Part shown: positions 17,425 to 24,429 of the stretch, in pieces
How positions within the stretch are numbered: the stretch's first letter is position 1
Layout of the letters: each line of letters begins with the position of its first letter
NCBI GenBank assembly: GCA_046533775.1
Contig: JAWDOO010000001.1
Coordinates: 60,001-92,000 of the forward strand
Reading direction: 5' to 3'
Source of the DNA: Candidatus Nanopusillus sp.
Lineage (GTDB): Archaea > Nanobdellota > Nanobdellia > Nanobdellales > Nanobdellaceae
Length of the DNA: 32,000 nucleotides
The notes under the pieces: generated by a model
The model's database searches: none
Told to the model about the DNA's origin: nothing
Seen by the model: only the letters and a program-made list of their open reading frames with translations
Made by a program: the position numbers and the translations under genes

Positions 17425-18629
17425 AAAAAGAAGATAAAATCTTATTTCTCATATATTTAATATTATTTTTACTTTTTATTTATATTAGCAACTTTAATAT
17501 TAATATAATTATTTTTGGCACAATTTATTTATTCTTATTATCTTTTATATTAAAAAATTCAAAGAATACATCTTTAATATATAAATTAATATTTCCATTA
17601 TATATACCAATTGGAATCTTTGGAATTTATACTAATTTACCTTTACCATTTCCATTTCCATCAATATTTGGTTATATAATAAATTACTGGGTATTTTATT
17701 TCATAGCATTTTCTATGGGATATTATTTATTTGAAAATAACTTTTATATTTCAAAAAAATCATCAATATTTTATATAACTTCAATAATATTATTTATAAT
17801 ACAATTTTTCCTAGAATTTATTTATAATTCTGCAACTACAGATCTTGATGCAAAAGCAAACTATATAGTAGCTTTGTTCATTAATTATGCATATTTAAAT
17901 TTTTACACTTTTGAGACAATATATACTTTATTATTTATTGTTTTTGCAATTTTCTTATTCTTAGTTATGTACTTTAATGGCAATGAAATATTAATAACAA
18001 AAACACAAATATTCAGGAAACTATCTGAAATATATAAATACAAAAAGTATATATTTCTATTATTATTTATTATAATAATATTACAGATTATCATTGCTAT
18101 ATACAAATTATCATTTTATAATAGTTTAATTATAGAAAGTTCAGCTGGAGAATATAGTATCTATGAATATGAATCTCTAATATTTTTATCAATATACGAA
18201 TTTATAATTTACTTTTTAGTTTATAGAAACTTAAGATATAATGATTATACAAATTACTTATTACTTTTTACTATGGTTTTAATAATATTTTTTGGAGAAC
18301 TATATTTAACATATATAGACTTTGCTTCTGTAATTTTACATACTAGATATCTAATAGCTATGCTATTTTTCTTGATGGGAATTCATCATAGAATATATAA
18401 AAATAGTAAAAAGGCAATTACAAAAGCCTTAGGTATTTCCATCGGTATTTTAATTTTATTACAAAATATAACTGGAGAATTTATCGAATCTGTATATTTT
18501 GGAGGACCAAGTAGTATACATCTAATATCTATACCAAATATATTAATGGCACTTGGAATTATACATGGATTAGTGACACCAATCCTTATATTAACATTTA
18601 TATATTTGCATGTTAAATTAAAAATATGA
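17418..18629 (+). CDS. Polytopic membrane protein (paralog of 20570-21640)
   Basis: 403 aa, about 10 hydrophobic spans, no Cys. It shares blocks with the 356-aa ORF: IIFGTIYLFLLSFILKNSKN vs ILFGIFYFFVLYYFLKNTKFN, FENNFYISKK vs AENKLSINRK, and MLFFLMGIHHRIYKNSKKAITKALGISIGILILLQN vs MFLFFFTAIHAYLYHRFPDSKKIILGIVSGIPFILMN. Confidence 0.6.
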   Translation: MVKKEDKILFLIYLILFLLFIYISNFNINIIIFGTIYLFLLSFILKNSKNTSLIYKLIFPLYIPIGIFGIYTNLPLPFPFPSIFGYIINYWVFYFIAFSMGYYLFENNFYISKKSSIFYITSIILFIIQFFLEFIYNSATTDLDAKANYIVALFINYAYLNFYTFETIYTLLFIVFAIFLFLVMYFNGNEILITKTQIFRKLSEIYKYKKYIFLLLFIIIILQIIIAIYKLSFYNSLIIESSAGEYSIYEYESLIFLSIYEFIIYFLVYRNLRYNDYTNYLLLFTMVLIIFFGELYLTYIDFASVILHTRYLIAMLFFLMGIHHRIYKNSKKAITKALGISIGILILLQNITGEFIESVYFGGPSSIHLISIPNILMALGIIHGLVTPILILTFIYLHVKLKI

Positions 18630-19864
18630 GAAATCAAGTAGAAATTATTTACGTGGTTTTATTTCTAACAATTGCTATATTAATAATCCTTCTATCTTTT
18701 TATGCATTAACATATAATTATAATCAAAATATTGTTTTTAATAGATTTACTTCATTATCTACATTATCAAATTATCTTTTAGGATATTTACAAACATTAT
18801 TAACACAAGAAGGTTATGCAGAATCATATGTAGCTGGTACAAATGGATGGGGAAATGAAGAATGGGCTTCTTATCCTTACGGATGTATATTACCTCAATC
18901 ATGTCAAAATGCACTTCAATATTATAATAATTTATTAACTTCTGGATATGAAACTTTATTAACTTTTGGAGAACAATATTTAACTTCATATCAATATTAT
19001 TATCCCTATAATATATCTTTCAATTTTTCAAATAATTATCAGGCAGGAATTTTTGGAGATTGTAGCAATATAATTTCTGGAGAATACAATTATAATTTTC
19101 CTGTTTATGTTCAAGGTTTATATATAAATATTACAGGACCTTCTTCAGGTTCAATAATTCCATATGAAAGTACATCAAATATAACAAACAATCCTGCATT
19201 CTATTTGTATAACTTAGCATATCAGTTCTCTCAAAATGGAGAATTTTCAGATTGCTCATATCAAGATTGTTTAAATACATTGAATAATAATCCAACATCT
19301 ACATGTGCACAAGAATTTGAGCAATTTTCAAATAATCCAAATATTCAATGTAATGAAACTGTAATTCCATATCAATGTGAAAACATACCGTTATGTCAGA
19401 TATGTTTAAATCCTGAAGAAATTGCGTGTAAGGTAATATTACAATGTTCTGATAACCAATATAATGTATATTATAATGGTAATACATATCCACAAACAAT
19501 AACAATTACTTCGGTAGTTTTTTATGAAAATGTAACAAATCAATATTATTTAAATTGCGTATATGATTGTACTGAGACATATAATTTAATAAGTAATCAA
19601 GTAATATCTCAAAGTTGTACATTAGAGAATCAACAATATTCATGTTCTCCCCAAAATGGTTGTGGTAATGTAAATACAAATCAACAAGATAATGAATTAA
19701 CATATAATTTTCAATATTATTATTCAATCCCAATTGAATGCTATCTATGTATAATTGGTGGAGAGCAATGTCCTGCCTGTTTACCTGGCGAATGTCCGAA
19801 TAATCCAACATGTCCAGAAACCATATCATTTCCAAATGAATGTGTATCACAACCATCTAGTTAA
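18626..19864 (+). CDS. Cys-rich secreted protein with pilin-like N-terminus
   Basis: 412 aa. N-terminus is MRNQVEIIYVVLFLTIAILIILLSFYAL. The C-terminal half is very Cys-dense (e.g. CYLCIIGGEQCPACLPGECPNNPTCPETISFPNEC). ATGA overlap at 18626. Confidence 0.5.
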   Translation: MRNQVEIIYVVLFLTIAILIILLSFYALTYNYNQNIVFNRFTSLSTLSNYLLGYLQTLLTQEGYAESYVAGTNGWGNEEWASYPYGCILPQSCQNALQYYNNLLTSGYETLLTFGEQYLTSYQYYYPYNISFNFSNNYQAGIFGDCSNIISGEYNYNFPVYVQGLYINITGPSSGSIIPYESTSNITNNPAFYLYNLAYQFSQNGEFSDCSYQDCLNTLNNNPTSTCAQEFEQFSNNPNIQCNETVIPYQCENIPLCQICLNPEEIACKVILQCSDNQYNVYYNGNTYPQTITITSVVFYENVTNQYYLNCVYDCTETYNLISNQVISQSCTLENQQYSCSPQNGCGNVNTNQQDNELTYNFQYYYSIPIECYLCIIGGEQCPACLPGECPNNPTCPETISFPNECVSQPSS

Positions 19865-19929
19865 TCTTTATATGGATAAAGTGAAGAAGAAGTTAAGGAT
19901 ATAAGAAATGTTCTAGATAACTAAATAAA

Positions 19930-20577
19930 ATGAAAGAACAATTATCTATAATATTTATAACAATATTAACTGTATTATTTTTAGTTGGAATGATAATTTT
20001 ATTAGCTATATTTTCTAATATAAATTTAACAAATTATAAAGAACAAACATCCTTTTCATATGAACAAGATATAATATATGATCTATTTTCTCCAAATTGT
20101 TTGGGATATCCAAATTATCCAATATATTTTACAACATTAGAAAAATTGGAACAATTTAATCAAATATATTATAATGAACTTCCAAATTGTACAATATTTC
20201 CTTATACATTTAGGGCAGAAATAGATAATTATAGTTTTGGAATAATAAATTTTAATGGAAATTGCAATACATATACATATCCAATTTCTTTGTATTATTC
20301 TCTAGATTATATTAAATTAACTATATGTAAAAACTATTATTCAGATTTTTATTATTTTTTATATAGTTTCTGTTTAAGTAATGAAAATATTTCAAATCAA
20401 ACTTTTGTATTTTTATTTCCAACAAATTTATCTGGAAATATAACATGTACAGAAAATACAAATGGAGATATTATATGCAATTATATACCATGCTATTCAA
20501 TAAATAATATTACATTTTATCAACTTGTAACAGTATATTTAGAAAGAATTAATCAAACATATTTTAGAATTGCATAA
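19930..20577 (+). CDS. Secreted protein with pilin-like N-terminus
   Basis: 215 aa. N-terminus is MKEQLSIIFITILTVLFLVGMIILLAIF. It is Cys-containing and sequon-rich. It is preceded by a 65-nt gap with an atataag box about 32 nt upstream. Confidence 0.5.
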   Translation: MKEQLSIIFITILTVLFLVGMIILLAIFSNINLTNYKEQTSFSYEQDIIYDLFSPNCLGYPNYPIYFTTLEKLEQFNQIYYNELPNCTIFPYTFRAEIDNYSFGIINFNGNCNTYTYPISLYYSLDYIKLTICKNYYSDFYYFLYSFCLSNENISNQTFVFLFPTNLSGNITCTENTNGDIICNYIPCYSINNITFYQLVTVYLERINQTYFRIA

Positions 20578-21640
20578 AAGTTTTAATGAATTTCTATATA
20601 TAATGGGTGAAACCATTATAGATAGATTAATCGATGAAAACAAAAATATCAATAAGCATATACTTATATTATATTTAATAATATTCCCAATATCTATGTT
20701 ATTTTTTACAAATTTATATTATATCTTATTTGGAATATTTTACTTCTTTGTTTTATATTATTTCTTGAAAAACACAAAATTTAATATGATAAAAATTTTA
20801 TATTTATTAATTTTTTTATTGCCTATATTAAATATTTTTAATAATATTTTATTTAAATATTTTGTTTATGTATTTTTTTCATTTATTTTATTTTATTTCT
20901 TTGGAAATTTTGTTGCAGAGAATAAATTATCTATAAATAGAAAACAAATAATAATATTAATAATTTCTCTAATATATATTTTATTTATAACATTATACAA
21001 TATTATAAATATTTATTCTCTATTTTTTATATCCCTTCTAGGATTTTTATTCAATTTGGATGATAAAAAAGTATATCATTTAGGTTCATTAAATTTTTTA
21101 AGCAAATATAACCAAATTATTTTCTCCATAATTTCTCTTTTTATATTTATACAGTTAATACTTTCTTTAATTGCTCAAAATATTTTAATATTATTTACTA
21201 TATCTTTATTCTCAATATTAGAATTTATTTTATTGTTAATGATTAAAAGAATATTTGATAATAAACCAGAAGGATTCACAATGTATATTTTAATATTAAT
21301 AATATTTTCATTTATCTTCTTTACAATTTTATTTTTCTTAACAAAAATCAATATAATTTACATTATTCAAAATATTATAATTATGTTTTTATTTTTCTTT
21401 ACAGCAATTCACGCATATTTATATCATAGGTTTCCAGACAGTAAAAAAATAATTTTAGGAATTGTTTCAGGAATACCATTTATATTAATGAATTTAATAA
21501 ATTATTTTTACTATATTTATCAAGGAAATTTAATTAATTTTCCTTTATTCATAATTTTATTTTCAATAAACTTACTAATATTAGCAATTATGGGATTAGT
21601 AATAGTTTATATACATTCCATATATAAAAAGCATATTTAA
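20570..21640 (+). CDS. Polytopic membrane protein (paralog of 17418-18629)
   Basis: 356 aa on the ORF track. The codon at 20570 is TTG; the first in-frame ATG is at 20603 (MGETIIDRL...), so the true start is uncertain. There are multiple hydrophobic spans and no Cys. Paralogy blocks are listed under 17418-18629. Confidence 0.6.
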   Translation: MHKSFNEFLYIMGETIIDRLIDENKNINKHILILYLIIFPISMLFFTNLYYILFGIFYFFVLYYFLKNTKFNMIKILYLLIFLLPILNIFNNILFKYFVYVFFSFILFYFFGNFVAENKLSINRKQIIILIISLIYILFITLYNIINIYSLFFISLLGFLFNLDDKKVYHLGSLNFLSKYNQIIFSIISLFIFIQLILSLIAQNILILFTISLFSILEFILLLMIKRIFDNKPEGFTMYILILIIFSFIFFTILFFLTKINIIYIIQNIIIMFLFFFTAIHAYLYHRFPDSKKIILGIVSGIPFILMNLINYFYYIYQGNLINFPLFIILFSINLLILAIMGLVIVYIHSIYKKHI

Positions 21641-21656
21641 AATTTTCAAAGATTAA

Positions 21657-22487
21657 TTATAATTTATTATTGAACATTGCAATAGTTTCTATTATTATTT
21701 TTGATGCTAAATTATCACATACTTCATTTGAAAATAATTCTACTAAATCAAAACCAATTAAATTAATATTTTTTAATTCTTTTATAATCTTAAAATAATG
21801 GTATGGTCTAATCCCAATACCTTCCAACCAATGTCCACATCCAGTATCAAATACATCTATATCTATTGAAATATATAAATTTTTATTTTTCAATATATCC
21901 GATATTTCTTTTGAAATTTCCTTTATATTATCCCAAACATCTAAAGGATTATAATATTTTATCCCCCATTCTTTTATTATATTCTTTTCTTCAAATGATA
22001 GATTAGATATACCAACAAAAATAATTTTTCCAGGTTCAATATAATTTTCCTTTATTAAATGATAAATAAAACTTTGATAATTTGGATACGGATCTGGATG
22101 AATATCTGGATGGGCATCAAAATACAATAAATAAAAATCTTCCCAATTTTCTTTAATAATTTTTAATATTGGATATGTTATTGAATGATCTCCTCCCAAA
22201 AATATATATTTTTTATCTTTTCTATATATCTTTTTAATTTCATTGTATATTTTTTCATATAATTTATTTAGATCCTTTATATCTTCTAAATCAATATCAC
22301 CATAATCATATATTTCTTCCATATTTATTTCTCCAAATATTGGAGAAAATATTCTATAAGATGCATCCCTAATAGATTCTGGCCCTTCAATATAATTTTT
22401 TATATGAGATAAACTACCAATTTCAGATGGGATTCCTACTATTATCCATTTTGATTTATCATATTCACCTTGAGCGTGTGCAAACAT
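21657..22487 (-). CDS. speB: Agmatinase / ureohydrolase (arginase family)
   Basis: 276 aa. The Mn-ligand motifs of the arginase fold are all present: LGGDHSITYP, YFDAHPDIHPD, ISIDIDVFDTG and GFDLVELFSNE. Agmatinase is the usual archaeal member; specificity is not proven. Confidence 0.8.
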   Translation of the reverse strand: MFAHAQGEYDKSKWIIVGIPSEIGSLSHIKNYIEGPESIRDASYRIFSPIFGEINMEEIYDYGDIDLEDIKDLNKLYEKIYNEIKKIYRKDKKYIFLGGDHSITYPILKIIKENWEDFYLLYFDAHPDIHPDPYPNYQSFIYHLIKENYIEPGKIIFVGISNLSFEEKNIIKEWGIKYYNPLDVWDNIKEISKEISDILKNKNLYISIDIDVFDTGCGHWLEGIGIRPYHYFKIIKELKNINLIGFDLVELFSNEVCDNLASKIIIETIAMFNNKL

Positions 22488-22520
22488 TAAACTAAAATAA
22501 TTATCATACTTATATTTTTA
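22488..22520. promoter_or_regulatory. 33-bp divergent promoter spacer (speB <-> udg)
   Basis: The sequence is taaactaaaataattatcatacttatattttta. A/T boxes at each end lie about 25-30 nt from the opposite-facing ATG, implying two leaderless or near-leaderless transcripts from 33 bp. Confidence 0.3.
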
Positions 22521-23135
22521 ATGGATAAAGAAAAAATGCTTGAAGAAATAAATAATCAAATATTAAAATGTACAAGATGTCCTTTATATAAATTTAAGAC
22601 AAATTATGTTCCTGGAGATGGCAATCCAAATTCAAAGATATTATTTATAGGAGAGGCACCTGGTAGAGAAGAGGATAAACAGGGAAAACCTTTTGTTGGA
22701 AAAGCTGGACAAGTATTAACTGAAAATATAAAAAATATATTAAATATGGATAGAAAAGATGTATATATAACTAATGTTATTAAATGCAGACCTCCAGAAA
22801 ATAGAGAACCTGAAGAAGAAGAAATAAAAGCATGTTCTATTTGGCTAGAAAAACAATTAGAAATAATTCAACCAGATATAATAATAACTTTAGGTCATTA
22901 TTCAACAAAATGGATTTTCGATTATTTTAAATTAAAATTCTCTTCAATAACAAAATTAAGAGGAAAAATATTTAGAGTAAATAAATGGGGAAAAAATATT
23001 ACAATAATTCCAACATTACATCCAGCATCTACTTTATATCATAAAGAATGGAGGGAATATTTTGATCAAGATTTTAAAACAATAAAAGAAATGTTAAATA
23101 AAAATAAAAGGGAGGGAATATTAAAATTTATATGA
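22521..23135 (+). CDS. udg: Uracil-DNA glycosylase, family 4 (4Fe-4S type)
   Basis: 204 aa. Contains CTRCPL, GEAPGREEDKQGKPFVGKAGQVL (motif A), ITNVIKCRPPENREP, EIKAC and TLHPAS (motif B). This gives the four Cys and both catalytic motifs of family-4 UDGs. Confidence 0.9.
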   Translation: MDKEKMLEEINNQILKCTRCPLYKFKTNYVPGDGNPNSKILFIGEAPGREEDKQGKPFVGKAGQVLTENIKNILNMDRKDVYITNVIKCRPPENREPEEEEIKACSIWLEKQLEIIQPDIIITLGHYSTKWIFDYFKLKFSSITKLRGKIFRVNKWGKNITIIPTLHPASTLYHKEWREYFDQDFKTIKEMLNKNKREGILKFI

Positions 23136-23182
23136 TGATGTTGCGCGCGACTGAATAAATGATGAATACACCTCCTCCCTGA
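23132..23182 (+). ncRNA. C/D box sRNA (2'-O-methylation guide)
   Basis: All four boxes are perfect with canonical spacing. C box ATGATGA is at 23132-23138 and overlaps the udg stop codon TGA at 23133-23135. A 12-nt guide tgttgcgcgcga (23139-23150) follows, then D' CTGA (23151-23154) and a 4-nt loop. C' ATGATGA is at 23159-23165, followed by a 13-nt guide atacacctcctcc (23166-23178) and D CTGA (23179-23182). The guides are strikingly GC-rich for this genome. The opposite strand has no box motifs. Confidence 0.75.
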
Positions 23183-23215
23183 AAAAATATAAAATAATTA
23201 AAATATTTATTAATT

Positions 23216-23602
23216 ATGGATAACATTCAGGATTTAGAAAATCAATTATTAACTCAAATAAGAAATTTATTATCACAGATAAATAACTACGTTTTGCAAT
23301 TGGAGAGTTTAAATGAATATGAAAAGAATATTAGTGGAAATTACTACTATTTATATAATTATCAAATGCAAGAAATTAATAATTTAATAAATTCAATGAA
23401 ATTATTAATAAGTATTTTAGAAAGTATAAAAGATTATATAACTTTATATTATAAAGAAATAAGTGGAAATCCATATATAACACCAAACATAAAAATTGAA
23501 ATAATTGGACAGATAAATAATGGAATAAAAGAAATAAAAAGTATGATCGATAAATTATTTATAGAGATAGAAATATTAACTAATAATTTACAGAGATTTT
23601 AA
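23216..23602 (+). CDS. Hypothetical coiled-coil protein
   Basis: 128 aa with a heptad-like Leu/Ile/Asn/Gln-rich sequence. No TM segment and no recognisable motif. An A/T box (aaatataaaa) lies about 27 nt upstream. Confidence 0.5.
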   Translation: MDNIQDLENQLLTQIRNLLSQINNYVLQLESLNEYEKNISGNYYYLYNYQMQEINNLINSMKLLISILESIKDYITLYYKEISGNPYITPNIKIEIIGQINNGIKEIKSMIDKLFIEIEILTNNLQRF

Positions 23603-23908
23603 ATATTCTATTGAATATTTTAACATATTATCATTTATATCTAAACCCTCAATTATATACCTAAATTTTTTCTTTGGAATTAAAATTTTAAATGGTTTTA
23701 ACTTTTTAGAATATTGAACTAATTCAAAATTTGAATTATATAAATAAATATCTAATGGTTTTAAACAAAAAAATGTGTGAACAAACCCATCTTCAACATC
23801 TTTTTTTAAATCTAAAATATATATTGTATTCTTTTTTGGTAACTGAAACATTAAACCAATAAAAGATCTAATAGGACCAAAATATTTTATATTATATTTG
23901 TATTCCAA
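23588..23908 (-). CDS. DUF192-like protein
   Basis: 106 aa. The pattern RSFIGLMFQ...(HTFFCLKPLDIYLYNSNFELV)...FRYIIEG resembles DUF192 (GLM.r ... M.nt..pLDiiF.d.dg.iv ... yvlE). The start on the track is TTG (reverse complement of 23906-23908). The next Met would delete the GLM motif. It overlaps rps27ae by 17 nt. Confidence 0.45.
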   Translation of the reverse strand: MEYKYNIKYFGPIRSFIGLMFQLPKKNTIYILDLKKDVEDGFVHTFFCLKPLDIYLYNSNFELVQYSKKLKPFKILIPKKKFRYIIEGLDINDNMLKYSIEYLKSL

Positions 23909-24095
23909 TTTCTTTTATATATCTTTTTTCTATATTTTGCTTAAATTCTGTATACCCACAATATCCACAATGATATCTATCTTTATGCTCTGCCATAAAT
24001 CTTCCACATTTTGGACATATTTTTTTCAATTTAACTACTTTATTATCCTCAACCTTATATAATTTTAATATTTTCAAATCTTTCTTTTCACTCAT
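23892..24095 (-). CDS. rps27ae: 30S ribosomal protein S27ae
   Basis: 67 aa. Contains the zinc ribbon CPKCGRFMAEHKDRYHCGYCGYTEF. ATGA overlap with rps24e, the conserved archaeal S24e-S27ae pair. Confidence 0.85.
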   Translation of the reverse strand: MSEKKDLKILKLYKVEDNKVVKLKKICPKCGRFMAEHKDRYHCGYCGYTEFKQNIEKRYIKEIGIQI

Positions 24096-24376
24096 TGTAT
24101 AATTTTATTCCTTTTTAATATATGTTTTGGCTCTAATTTTTTCATATCTTCTTCATTCTGATATACATTTATAAATGCTTTTGATCTTTGCTTTCCAAAT
24201 TCTGTTAATATTTTTTCTACTACAATTAAATTTTTGTCTTTTCCAATCATTGCTGAAATTTTTTCTCTTATATCATCTCTCTTTGGTGTTGGTTCATTTT
24301 TATGATCTATCAAAACAATAATTTCTTCTCTATTTAATAATTGATTATTTTCCCTACTTATTATTTTTAGATCCAT
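24092..24376 (-). CDS. rps24e: 30S ribosomal protein S24e
   Basis: 94 aa. NQLLNREEIIVLIDHKNEPTPKRDDIREKISAMIG...IVVEKILTEFGKQRSKAFINVY is the S24e pattern. It lies upstream of rps27ae. Confidence 0.85.
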   Translation of the reverse strand: MDLKIISRENNQLLNREEIIVLIDHKNEPTPKRDDIREKISAMIGKDKNLIVVEKILTEFGKQRSKAFINVYQNEEDMKKLEPKHILKRNKIIQ

Positions 24377-24429
24377 GTAATTAATTTATATGATATAATT
24401 TTTTAAAATAATAAAGATATTATAATAAA

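Noticed and set aside
13141-19856. ORFs 13141-13449, 13952-14242, 17903-18106, 18386-18637, 18759-18989, 19299-19505 and 19506-19856 (all minus strand), and 14472-14660 (plus strand, alternative frame)
   Set aside because: All lie inside longer plus-strand genes of the cluster, one of which has a clear papain domain. Their products are His/Tyr/Leu/Ile-rich, the mirror of the sense-strand Asn/Tyr/Ile codons.
17418-21640. The two paralogous polytopic proteins as the missing prepilin peptidase or an archaeosortase
   Set aside because: Neither contains a GxGD-type aspartyl motif expected of A24 (FlaK/PibD) peptidases. Both completely lack Cys, which excludes the Cys-Arg-His archaeosortase/exosortase mechanism.
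23216-23602. The 128-aa coiled-coil ORF as a prefoldin subunit
   Set aside because: The size and coiled-coil character fit, but I could not find the central beta-hairpin motif or the conserved prefoldin pattern. I left it as hypothetical.
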